Shown here in pieces: positions 10,811 through 24,200 of a DNA stretch of 64,000 nucleotides (position 1 is the stretch's first letter; each line of letters begins with the position of its first letter). The stretch is from Antedon mediterranea. Taxonomy: Eukaryota > Animalia > Echinodermata. The notes beneath the pieces were generated by a model. The model was not told where the DNA came from. It did no database searches and worked only from the letters and a program-made list of their open reading frames with translations. The translations under genes and the position numbers were made by a program. The stretch spans positions 27,328,795-27,392,794 of the forward strand of contig NC_092670.1 in NCBI RefSeq assembly GCF_964355755.1, read 5' to 3'.

Positions 10811-13800
10811 AATGATCCATCAATGTAAAATGATGTTATGCAACTTTGTTTCTGATTTAAAAAAAGGTCCACTTGGTTAGGCTTGACATTTAAAACCATA
10901 AAAATATCTCACTTTCAAAAACAATATTTATTTTCAAATAAAAAAAAAGAAAAAAAATATCCCTAGAAGTTCGAACCCACTATTGAAATCACTCAAACCT
11001 GAGCATTACCCGTTACGCCGCAAACCAGTATATGACTGAAGAGCTGATAATAGTCTATTTATATGAAATGGATGATCATCAATGAAAAATAATGCCATGC
11101 AACTTTGTTTCTGATTTTAAAAAAGGTTCACTTGTTTAGGCCTGACAGTTGCAACCCTCAAAATATCTCAGTTTCAAAAACAATATTTATTTTCAATTAA
11201 AAAAAAATAAAAAAAAAAACCCGTATAGGTTCGAATCCACTACTGAGAGCACTCAAACCTGAGCATTACCCGTTACGCCACAAACCAGTAGATGACTGAG
11301 GAGCTGATAATAGTCTATATATATGAAATGAATGATCAATCAATGAAAAATAATGCCATGCAACTTTGTTTCTGATTTTAGAAAAGGTCCACTTGTTTAG
11401 GCCTGACATTTACAACCCTCAAAATATCTCACTTTCAAAAACCATATTTATTTTCAATTTAAAAAAAAAAAAAAAAAATATCCCTAGAGGTTCGACCCAC
11501 TACTCAGAGCACTCAAACCTGAGCATTACCCGTTACGCCGCAAACCAGTATATGACTGAAGAGCTGATAATAGTCTATTTATATGAAATGGATGATCAAT
11601 CAATGAAAAATAATGCCATGCAACTTTGTTTCTGATTTTAAAAAAGGTTCACTTGTTTAGGCCTGACAGTTTCAACCCTCAAAATATCTCACTTTTAAAA
11701 AACCATATTTATTTTCAATTTAAAAAAAAAAAGAAAACAAATATCCCTAGAGGTTCGACCCACTACTCAGAGCACTCAAACCTGAGCATTACCCGTTACG
11801 CCGCAAACCAGTATATGACTGAAGAGCTGATAATAGTCTATTTATAAGAAATGGATGATCAATCAATGAAAAATAATGCCATGCAACTTTGTTTCTGATT
11901 TTAAAAAAGGTCCATTTGTTTAGGCCTGACATTTACAACCCTCAAAATATCTCACTTTCAAAAACCATATTTATTTTCAATTTAAAAAAAAAAGAAAAAA
12001 AAATATCCCTAGAGGTTCGACCCACTACTCAGAGCACTCAAACCTGAGCATTACCCGTTACGCCACAAACCAGTAGATGACTGAAGACCTGATAATAGTC
12101 TATTTATATGAAATAAATGATCAATCAATGGAAAATAATGCCATGCAACTTTGTTTCTGATTTTAAAAAAGATCCATTTGTTTAGGCCTGACATTCACAA
12201 CCCTAAAAAATATCTCATTTTCAAAAAAATATTTATTTTAAATAAGAAAAAAAAAAGCAATATCCCTAGAGGTTGGAAGCCGCTACTGAGAGCACTACTG
12301 GTTACCCGGCAAACCAGTAGATGACTGAAGAGCTGATAACAGTCTATTTATATGAAATGAATGATCAATCAATGAAAAATAATGCCATGCAACTTTGTTT
12401 CTGAATGAAAAAAATGTCCACTTGTTTATGCCTGACATTTACAACACCCAAAATATCTCACTTTCAAAAACAATATTTATTTTCAATTAAAAAAAAAGAA
12501 AGAAAAAAATTATTCGTAGAGGTTCGAACCCACTACTGCGAAAACTCAAACCTGAGGACTACCGGTTACACCACAAACCAGTAGATGAGTGAAGAGCTGA
12601 TAATAGTCTATTTATATGAAATGAATGATCCATCAATGTAAAATGATGTTATGCAACTTTGTTTCTGATTTAAAAAAAGGTCCACTTGGTTAGGCTTGAC
12701 ATTTAAAACCATAAAAATATCTCACTTTCAAAAACAATATTTATTTTGAAATAAAAAAAAAAGAAAAAAAAATATTCATAGAGCTTTGAACCCACTACTG
12801 ATAGAACTCAAACCTGAGCATTACCGGTTACGCCACAAACCAGTAGGTGAATGAAGAGCTGATAATAGTCTATTTATATGAAATGCGGAATAATCCATCA
12901 ATGTAAAATGATGTTATGCAATTTTGTTTCTGATTTAAAAAAGGTCCACTTGGTTAGGCTTGACATTTAAAACCATAAAAATATCTCACTTTCAAAAACA
13001 ATATTTATTTTCAAATAAAAAAAAAAAAAAAAATATCCCTAGAAGTTCGAACCCACTATTGAAATCACTCAAACCTGAGCATTACCCGTTACGCCGCAAA
13101 CCAGTATATGACTGAAGAGCTGATAATAGTCTATTTATATGAAATGGATGATCAATCAATGAAAAATAATGCCATGCAACTTTGTTTCTGATTTTAAAAA
13201 AGGTTCACTTGTTTAGGCCTGACAGTTGCAACCCTCAAAATATCTCACTTTCAAAAACAATATTTATTTTCAATTAAAAAAAAAAGAAAAAAAATACCCG
13301 TATAGGTTCGAATCCACTACTGAGAGCACTCAAACCTGAGCATTACCCGTTAGGCCAAAAACCAGTAGATGACTGAGGAGCTGATAATAGTCTATATATA
13401 TAAAATGAATGATCGATCAATAAAAAATAATGCCATGCAACTTTGTTTCTGATTTTAAAAAAGGTCCACTTGTTTAGGCCTGACATTTACAACCTCAAAA
13501 TATCTCATTTCAAAAACAATATTTATTTTCAATTTAAAAAAAAAAAAAAAAAATATCCCTAGAGGTTCGACCCACTACTCAGAGCACTCAAACCTGAGCA
13601 ATACCCGTTACGCCACAAACCAGTAGATGACTGAAGAGCTGATAATAGTCTATTTATATGAAATGGATGATCAATCAATGAAAAATAATGCCATGCAACT
13701 TTGTTTCTGATTTTAAAAAAGGTCCACTTGTTTAGGCCTGACATTTACAACCCTCAAAATATCTCATTTCAAAAACAATTTTTATTTTCAATTAAAAAAA

Positions 13801-15624
13801 AAAGAAAAAAAATACCCGTATAGGTTCGAACCCACTACTGAGAGCACTCAAACCTGAGCATTACCCGTTACGCCACAAACCAGTAGATGACTGAGGAGCT
13901 GTTAATTGTCTATATATATGAACTAAATGATCAATCAATGAAAGATATTGCCATGCAACTTTGTTTCTGATTTTAAAAAAGGTCCACTTGTTTAGGCCTG
14001 ACATTTACAACCCTCAAAATATCTCACTTTCAAAAACCATATTTATTTTCAATTTAAAAAAAAAAAGAAAAAAAATATCCCTAGAGGATCGACCCACTTC
14101 TCAGAGCACTCAAACCTGAGTATTACCCGTTACGCCACAAACCAGTAGATGACTGAAGAGCTGATAATAGTCTATTTATATGAAATGGATGATCAATCAA
14201 TGAAAAATAATGCCATGCAACTTTGTTTCTGATTTTAAAAAAGGTTCACTAGTTTAGGCCTGACAGTTGCAACCCTCAAAATATCTCACTTTTAAAAACA
14301 ATTTTTATTTTCAATTAAAAAAAAAAGAAAAAAAATACCCGTATAGGTTCGAACCCACTACTGAGAGCACTCAAACCTAAGCATTACCCGTTACCCCACA
14401 AACCAGTAGATGACTGAGGAGCTCATAATTGTCTATATATATGAAATAAATGATCAATCAATGAAAAATAATGCCATGCAACTTTGTTTCTGATTTTAAA
14501 AAAGGTCCACTTGTTTAGGCCTGACATTTACAACCCTCAAAATATCTCACTTTCAAAAACCATATTTATTTTCAATTTAAAAAAAAAAAGAAAAAAAATA
14601 TCCCTAGAGGATCGACCCACTTCTCAGAGCACTCAAACCTGAGTATTACCCGTTACGCCACAAACCAGTAGATGACTGAAGAGCTGATAATAGTCTATTT
14701 ATATGAAATGAATGATCAATCAATGCAAAATAATGCCATGCAACTTTGTTTCTTATTTTAAAAAAGATCCATTTGTTTAGGCCTGTCATTCACAACCCTA
14801 AAAAATATCTCTTTTTCAAAAAAAATATCTATTTTCAATAAGAAAAAAAAAAAGCAGTATCCCTAGAGGTTGGAACCCGCTACTGAGAGCACTCAAACCT
14901 GGATATTACCCGTTACGCCACAAACCAGTAGATAACTGAAGAGCTGATAATAGTCTATTTATATGAAATTAATGATCAATCAATGAAAAATAATGCCATG
15001 CAACTTTGTTTCTGATTTTAAAAAAGGTTCATTTGTTTAGGCCTGACATTTACAACCCTCAAAATATCTCACTTTAAAAAAAAATATTATTTTCAATTAA
15101 AAAAAAGAAAGAAAAGAAATATCCCTAGAGGTTCGAACCCACTACTGCGAGCACTCAAACTTTAGCATTACCAGTTACGCCTCAAACCAATAGATGACTG
15201 AAGAGCTGATAATACTCTATTTATATGAAATGAATAATAAATCAATGAAAAATAATGCCATGCAACTTTGTTTCTGATTTTAAAAAAGGTTCACTTGTTT
15301 AGGCCTGACATTTACAACCCTCAAATTATCGCACTTTCAAAAACAATATTTATTTTCAATTAAAAAAAAAAAGAAACAAAATATCCGTAGAGGTTCGAAC
15401 CCACTAGTGAGAGCACTCAAACTTGAGCATTACCCGTTACGCCACAAACCAGTAGATGAGTGAAGAGCTGATAATACTCTATTTATATGAAATAAATAAT
15501 AAATCAATGAAAAATAATGCCATGCAACTTTGTTTCTGATTTAAAAAAAGATCCACTTGTTTAGGCCTGATATTTACAACCCTCAAAATATCTCACTTTC
15601 AAAAACAATATTTATTTTCAATTT

Positions 15625-15738
15625 AAAAAAAAAATCCCTAGAGGTTCGAACCCACTACTGAGAGCACTCAAACCTGAGCATTATCCGTTACGCCACAAAC
15701 CAGTAGATGACTGAGGAGCTGATAATAGTCTATTTATA
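15625..15738 (-). promoter_or_regulatory. Example SatB monomer: type-2 Pol III promoter layout (TATA, A box, B box, oligo-T terminator)
   Basis: Minus strand: TATAAATA (15738-15731), 29 nt, then GGTTTG-TGGCGTAACGG (A box, 15695-15685) ... GGTTCGAACC (B box, 15652-15643) TCTAGGGA followed by a T-run (15634-15625). D-arm-like stem GCGT/ATGC is present. Confidence 0.7.
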
Positions 15739-16252
15739 TGAAATGAATGATCAATCAATGAAAAATAATGCCATGCTACTTTGTTTCTGATTTTAAAAAA
15801 GGTCCACTTGTTTAGGCCTGACATTTACAACCCTCAAAATATCTCACTTTCAAAAACAATATTTGTTGTCAATTAAAAAAAAAAAGAAAAAAAATATTCG
15901 TAGAGGTTCGAACCCACTACTGAGAGAACTCAAACCTGAGCACTACTGGTTACGCCACAAACCAGTAGATGACTGAAGAGCTGATAACAGTCTATTTATA
16001 TGAAATGAATGATCAATCAATGAAAAATAATGCCACGCAACTTTGTTTCTGATTGAAAAAAATGTCCACTTGTTTAGGCCTGACATTTACAACCCTCAAA
16101 ATATCTCACTTTCAAAAACAATATTTATTTTCAAATAAAAAAAAATATCCTTACAGGTTCGAACCCACTACTGGGAGCACTCAAAACTGAGCATTACCCG
16201 TTTATGCCATAAAGTAGTACACGAAAGAACAATTTATAATAGTCTATTTATA

Positions 16253-17738
16253 AGTGTATTACGTAATTCATCATTACGTCATAAATATCATATTAACCTT
16301 TTTAAAACCAAAATGGCCAGTTAGCTCAGACGGCTGAGCGTCGTGTTGACGACAACACGTATGTCGTGGGTTCGATTCTCACGCTGGTCGGTGGAATAGA
16401 GTTAAAGGTAGGCGACCAACTGTGTTTGGGGTTCACAGAATTTACGTCCCCCTTTCCACCACACATCTTGAGAAGGCACTAGCAATGCATCTGGTGATGA
16501 TGTGGTGGAAACAACCCCAATGCCGTGGCAGGGCCTTAGTGCTGAGGCAGGGAGAGCACATTTTTAAATTTTTTGGGGGGCTTTCGCTACATGTATTTGA
16601 TCTCGTAAATTTTATGTTTAGTGCCCTCAATTTAATGTAAAAAGAAATTAATTTATCTTCGTTACGTGTTTAGAAGAGAATGTATGTCTCACCGTAGTTT
16701 GGTATGCCGTTTGTTATTATGCAAATGAGTTTTTGCAGGTGTAGTGGGAAAGATGGTATTGTTAGTAATTCGCGGTCAACACGCCACACTGTTGAATTTT
16801 GATTTTGTTAATCAATGTTGCTACATTGGTAGCGAAATGTCCGATTCATGCAAGATATTGTATTGTACTATGTTATGAATAAATATTTATGGATGGTAGT
16901 TGGTGTGTATGGCCGCACCGTCCCAGAATAAACATGGTTTAAACAGATAATTTGTCTCCGATGATTTTTGTATGGGGTTAATGGAGAATGAAATAGATCA
17001 AATATAGAACATTTGCAAAGATGCCGATTTCCAGACTGATTTCGAAACTTAGACTAATTCCGCTGCCGGGCTGGGCCTTAGGCATATACGAAGTCGAGTT
17101 TTTAAAGTAGAAAACTCTACCTAAACTTTTGAATTCGCATCTGGATATTTGAATTTTTAACAAATATCATAAATATCATAGGTGATTATGTATGGTAATA
17201 AGTATAAGTATAAGTGCAATTCTGGGCTCTATTTTCATTATTAGCTCTTCCCAAAACATGGTGGGCTAGTAGGCCTACTGGAGACCTAATATTTAATTTC
17301 ATATTTCAATGAATAGGTGCACTTTCCGGGGACATGCTCTATTGTCCTTGTTAGTCTTATATATTTTGTTTCATATAATTTCAAATCATTTAAAGTACCA
17401 TTTTCAGGCGGGATTCTGTGCAACTCTATTTTTTTTATTTTAAACAGTTTGGTATGCCGTCGTGGTTGTTATGCAAATGAGCTTGTAAAGGGATATTATG
17501 GGAAGATAATATGTTAATCATTCGCGGTCAACACGCCACACTGTTAAATTTTGATGCTGTTAATATTTACATTAGAATATTGTTCAAATCATGTAAATAA
17601 AAAATTTTCCGGGCGGGAACCCAGCAGCTCTCGAAAAGAACTCCAGGTGGAAAAGAAGCTCACCCATGAGTACTGAATATGAAGGAGCACATTGGCTTCT
17701 TTTGGAGGCTTTATGGCAGTCTTTTTGCATGTATTTGA
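16253..17738 (+). repeat. ~1.48-kb cassette, copy 2
   Basis: Near-identical to copy 1; the same spurious ORFs recur (16442, 16978). Confidence 0.92.
16315..16390 (+). pseudogene. tRNA-like cloverleaf with duplicated anticodon (loop TTGACGACAA)
   Basis: Same stems as 5122-5194, D-loop AGACGGCT, 3-nt duplication in the anticodon loop, T stem GTGGG/CTCAC. Confidence 0.7.
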
Positions 17739-19846
17739 TTTCAAAAACAATATATATTTTCAATTTAAAAAAAAAAAGAAAAAAAATATTCCTAGAGGTT
17801 CGAACCTACTACTGAGAGAACTCAAACCTGAGCATTACCGGTTACGCCACAAACCAGTAGATGAGTGAAGAGCTGATAATAGTCTATTTATATGAAATGA
17901 ATGATCCATCAATGTAAAATGATGTTATGCAACCTTGTTTCTGATTTAAAAAAAGGTCCCCTTGGTTAGGCTTGACATTTAAAACCATAAAAATATCTCA
18001 CTTTTTAAAAACAATATTTATTTTCAAATTAAAAAAAAAAGAAAAAAAATATCCCTAGAGGTTCGACCCACTATTCAGAGCACTCAAACCTGAGCATTAC
18101 CCGTTAGGCCACAAACCAGTATATGACTGAAGAGCTGATAATAGTCTATTTATATGAAATGAATGATCAATCAATGAAAAATAATGCCATGCAACTTTGT
18201 TTCTGATTTTAAAAAAGATCCATTTGTTTAGACCTGACATTCACAACCCTAAAAAATATCTCATTTAAAAAAAAAAAAATTATTTTCAATAAGAAATAAA
18301 AAGCAATATCCCTAGAGGTTGGAACCAGCTACTGAGAGCACTCAAACCTGGGTATTACCCGTTACGCCACAAACCAGTACATAACTGAAGAGCTGATAAT
18401 AGTATATTTATATGAAATTAATGATCAATCAATGAAAAATAATGCCATGCAACTTTGTTTCTGATTTTAAAAAAAGGTTCATTTGTTTAGGCCTGACATT
18501 TACAACCCTCAAAATATCTCACTTTAAAAAAAATATTTATTTTCAATTAAAAAAAAGAAAGAAAAGAAATATCCCTAGAGGTTCGAACCCACTACTGCGA
18601 GCACTCAAACTTGAGCATTACTAGTTACGCCTCAAACCAGTAGATGACTGAAGAGCTGATAATACTCTATTTATATGAAATGAATAATAAATCAATGAAA
18701 AATAATGCCATGCAACTTTGTTTCTGATTTTAAAAAATGTTCACTTGTTTAGGCCTGACATTTACAACCCTCAAAATATCTCACTTTCAAAAACAATATT
18801 TATTTTCAATTAAAAAAAAAAAAGAAACAAAATATCCGTAGAGGTTCGAACCCACTACTGAGAGAACTCAAACCTGAGCATTACCGGTTACGCCACAAAC
18901 CAGTAGGTGAGTGAAGAGCTGATAATAGTCTATTTATATGAAATGCTGAATAATCCATCAATGTAAAATGATGTTATTTAACTTTGTTTCTGATTTAAAA
19001 AAAGGTCCACTTGGTTAGGCTTGACATTTAAAACCATAAAAATATCTCACTTTCAAAAACAATATTTATTTTCAAATAAAAAAAAAAAAAAAATATCCCT
19101 AGAAGTTCGAACCCACTATTGAAATCACTCAAACCTGAGCATTACCCGTTACGCCGCAAACCAGTATATGACTGAAGAGGTGATAATAGTCTATTTATAT
19201 GAAATGGATGATCAATCAATGAAAAATAATGCCATGCAACTTTGTTTCTGATTTTAAAAAAGGTCCACTTGGTTAGGCTTGACATTTAAAACCATAAAAA
19301 TATCTCACTTTCAAAAACAATATTATTTTCAAATAAAAAAAAAGAAGAAAAAAAACATCCCTAGAAGTTCGAACCCACTATTGAAATCACCCAAACCTGA
19401 GCATTACCCGTTACGCCGCAAACCAGTATATGACTGAAGAGCTGATAATAGTCTATTTATATGAAATGGATGATCAATCAATGAAAAATAATGCCATGCA
19501 ACTTTGTTTCTGATTTTAAAGAAGGTTCACTTGTTTAGGCCTGACAGTTGCAACCCTCAAAATATCTCACTTTCAAAAACAATATTTATTTTCAATTAAA
19601 AACAAAAGAAAAAAAAATACCCGTATAGGTTCGAACCCACTACTGAGAGCACTCAAGCCTGAGCATTACCCGTTACGCCACAAACCAGTATAAGACTGAG
19701 GAGCTGATAATAGTCTATATATATGAAATGAATGATCAATCAATGAAAAATAATGCAATGCAACTTTGTTTCTGATTTTAAAAAAAGTCCACTTGTTTAG
19801 GCATGACATTTACAACCCTCAAAATATCTCACTTTCAAAAACCATA

Positions 19847-21282
19847 TCTATATATAAATTTACGTAAGGGCAAAATTCGGTAAATCGCAGTTTATTTCTA
19901 GAATTTTTACTCGATGGTATATAAAGTTGGTTCGTACTTTCGGTACTGATTTTAACCATTTGATGTAACCATGTTTACTAATTAAATTGAGTTAGATAAT
20001 TAGTTATTGACAATTAAAACGAATTTAGGTTCAACGATTTGCCCTAAATAGGGGTGTTTCGTGGTCGTGGTATACACTGTCTAATGGATGTCCAACTTGA
20101 AAAATTCCCGCAGACAATTGTGCGAGGATGCTTCGCATTTTCCTATCTCCTCCTACGATAATTGTTTTTAATAGCTGAAAACCGGTTGAACAGCTCGAGT
20201 ACAGCATCATAATGTTGAAGACAGGCCGATTTTCTTTAAAAAATACTATTTTTATAGATTTAATATACGTTTATACAAATCTTTTGATCTGCGATATATG
20301 GAACATTCCAATCTCTGTTCCACAAGTGTCTATTCCCTCAGGCGTCATAAAGACAAGTACTGTACAGCCATAACAGAAATTCGATACACTTTTTTCCAAT
20401 CTGTGGAATCTTTTTTTTAACGCATAATGAGCTAGCCTTTCCAGTCGCCGTCTATTATGTACAATCAAATTTATTATTGCAGCTAAACCACCACCAACAC
20501 CACCACCCTCCCCTCACTGGCATGAGTAGCGTTGTAAAGCCAGTAGAGGGCAGGCCTACAGTACGAATGATCAGTACATGCCCTAAACGCAGAACAACTT
20601 TTCAATACAAGTTGGGTAGTGGGTAGCATAATTGGCTCTATGAAACAATTAACCATTAGGCCTACTAATTAAGTTGAGTTAGATAATTATTTATTGACGA
20701 TTAAAGCGAATTTACGATTTGCCCCGAATAGAGGTGTTTAATATATTACTGACAGTTCCTTCTGAACGTTTGTAATCATGTAACTTCAAAAAAATATAAA
20801 CGTCGTATTAGTGATGTATCGTTACATGTACTGTACTATTTCAATCGACTATGACGGTGACAGTTTCAACAAAGTATTAAATCGCAATGTTTTACTGTGT
20901 TTACTGGTATATTATTTGTAAAACATGAAAACAATTCATATTTCGTTACTAAATCGATAAAGAATATATTTAAAAATTGTTCGTCTTTGCATCCATCCTC
21001 TTCCCCATCCCTCAACCCAAATGTTACATACAAAACACAAATTCAGTTTGTTTCTTATTTTGTGACAAGTTTCTTTTTCGGAAATAATTCCCGGGGTGCT
21101 AATTTTAGTTGAGTACATAAATCACTGTGTCTATTTATTCGTTCCTGTAAACAACATGTATTATTGTCCTGCATGTGCATTTGAAGTCGCCAGTTTTTTA
21201 AACGCTGAAATTAGTATGTATTCGAGAACCATCTGTGGGCACGACCTAGATGGTACGCGAGCGAAGCGAGCGTACCATCTAG
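19847..21282 (+). mobile_element. Non-autonomous Helitron (1436 bp)
   Basis: 5' TCTATATATAAA, 3' hairpin ctagatggtacgc...gcgtaccatCTAG ending in CTAG. Inserted between A and T of the satellite (accata|tttattttc) with no TSD. The empty paralogous site is visible near 23089-23100. Confidence 0.9.
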
Positions 21283-24200
21283 TTTATTTTCAATTAAAAA
21301 AGAAAAAAAATACCCGTATAGGTTCAAACCCACTACTGAGAGCACTCAAACCTGAGCATTACCCGTTACGCCACAAACCAGTAGATGACTGAGGAGCTGA
21401 TAATAGTCTATTTTTATGAAATTAATGATCAATCAATGAAAAATAATGCCATGCAACTTTGTTTCTGATTTTTAAAAAGATCCATTTGTTTAGGCCTGAC
21501 ATTTACAACCCTCAAAATATCTCACTTTCAAAAAAAATATTATTTTCAATAAGCAAAAAAAAAGAAACAAAATATCCGTAGAGGTTCGAACCCACTAGTG
21601 AGAGCACTCAAACTTGAGCATTACCCGTTACGCCACAAACCAGTAGATGACTGAATAGCTGATAATACTCTATTCATATGAAATAAATAATAAATCAATG
21701 AAAAATAATGCCACGCAACTTTGTTTCTGATTTTAAAAAAAGTCCACTTGTTTAGGCCTGATATTTACAACCCTCAAAATATCTCACTTTCAAAAACAAT
21801 ATTTATTTTCAATTTAAAAAAAAAATCCCTAGAGGTTCGAACCCACTACTGAGAGCACTCAAACCTGAGCATTATCCGTTACGCCACAAACCAGTAGATG
21901 ACTGAGGAGCTGATAATAGTCTATTTATATGAAATGAATGATCAGTCAATGAAAAATAATGCCATGCAACTTTGTTTCTGGTTTTAAAAAAGGTCCACTT
22001 GTTTAGGCCTGACATTTACAACCCTCAAAATATCTCACTTTCAAAAACAATATTTATTGTCAATTAAAAAAAAAAAGAAAAAAAATATTCGTAGAGGTTC
22101 GAACCCACTACTGCGAGAACTCAAACCTGAGCACTACCGGTTACTCCACAAACTAGTAGATGACTGAAGAGCTGATAACAGTCTATTTATATGAAATGAA
22201 TGATCAATCAATGAAAAATAATGCCATGCAACTTTGTTTCTGATTGAAAAAAATGTCCACTTGTTTAGGCCTGACATTTACAACCCTCAAAATATCTCAC
22301 TTTCAAAAACAATATTTATTTTCAAATAAAAAAAAAAAAAATATTCCTAGAGGTTTGAACCCACTACTGAGAGCACTCAAACCTGAACATTACCGGTTAC
22401 GCCACCAACCAGTAGATGAGTGAACGAGCTGATAATAGTCTATTTATATGAAATGAAGGATCCAGCAATGTAAAATTATGTTATTCAACTTTGTTTCTGA
22501 TTTAAAAAAAGGTCCACTTGGTTAGGCTTGACATTTAAAACCATAAAAATATCTCACTTTCAAAAACAATATTATTTTCAAATAAAAAAAAAAGAAAAAA
22601 AACATCCCTAGAAGTTCGAACCCACTATTGAAATCACCCAAACCTGAGCATTACCCGTTACGCCGCAAACCAGTATATGACTGAAGAGCTGATAATAGTC
22701 TATTTATATGAAATGGATGATCAATCAATGAAAAATAATGCCATGCAACTTTGTTTCTGATTTTAAAGAAGGTTCACTTGTTTAGGCCTGACAGTTGCAA
22801 CCCTCAAATAATCTCACTTTCAAAAACAATATTTATTTTCAATTAAAAACAAAAGAAAAAAAAATACCCGTATAGGTTCGAACCCACTACTGAGAGCACT
22901 CAAGCCTGAGCATTACCCGTTACGCCACAAACCAGTATATGACTGAGGAGCTGATAATAGTCTATATATATGAACTGAATGATCAATCAATGAAAAATAA
23001 TGCAATGCAACTTTGTTTCTGATTTAAAAAAAAGTCCACTTGTTTAGGCATGACATTTACAACCCTCAAAATATCTCACTTTCAAAAACCATATTTATTT
23101 TCAATTAAAAAAGAAAAAAAATACCCGTATAGGTTCAAACCCACTACTGAGAGCACTCAAACCTGAGCATTACCCGTTACGCCACAAACCAGTAGATGAC
23201 TGAGGAGCTGATAATAGTCTATTTTTATGAAATTAATGATCAATCAATGAAAAAGAATGCCATGCAACTTTGTTTCTGATTTTTAAAAAGATCCATTTGT
23301 TTAGGCCTGACATTTACAACCCTCAAAATATCTCACTTTCAAAAAAAATATTATTTTCAATAAGCAAAAAAAAAAGAAACAAAATATCCGTAGAGGTTCG
23401 AACCCACTAGTGAGAGCACTCAAACTTGAGCATTACCCGTTACGCCACAAACCAGTAGATGACTGAATAGCTTATAATACTCTATTCATATGAAATAAAT
23501 AATAAATCAATGAAAAATAATGCCACGCAAGTTTGTTTCTGATTTAAAAAAAAGTCCACTTGTTTAGGCCTGATATTTACAACCCTCAAAATATCTCACT
23601 TTCAAAAACTATATTTATTTTCAATTTAAAAAAAAAATCCCTAGAGGTTCGAACCCACTACTGAGAGCACTCAAACCTGAGCATTATCCGTTACGCCACA
23701 AACCAGTAGATGACTGAGGAGCTGATAATAGTCTATTTATATGAAATGAATGATCCATCAATGTAAAATGATGTTATGCAACTTTGTTTCTGATTTAAAA
23801 AAAGGTCCACTTGGTTATGCTTGACATTTAAAACCATAAAAATATCTCACTTTCAAAAACAATATTTATTTTCGAATAAAAAAAGAAAAGAAAAAAAATA
23901 TCCCTTAGAAGTTCGAACCCACTATTGAAATCACTCTAACCTGAGCAATACCCGTTACGCCGCAAACCAGTATATGACTGAATAGCTGATAATAGTCTAT
24001 TTATATGAAAAAATAATAAATCAATGAAAAATAATGCCATGCAACTTTGTTTCTGATTTTAAAAAAGGTCCACTTGTTTAGGCCTGATATTTACAAACCT
24101 CAAAATATCTCACTTTCAAAAACAATATTTATTTTCAATTTAAAAAAAAATAATCCCTAGAGGTTCGAACCCACTACTGAGAGCACTCAAACGTGAGCAC

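Noticed and set aside
11366-11847. Recurrent short ORFs such as MFLILKKVHLFRPD... and MPCNFVSDFKK...
   Set aside because: Chance frames in satellite monomers, opened and closed by A-tract length changes.
13812-13881. SatB monomers as functional tRNA genes
   Set aside because: Acceptor and anticodon stems do not pair, so only a tRNA-like or tRNA-derived call is supported.
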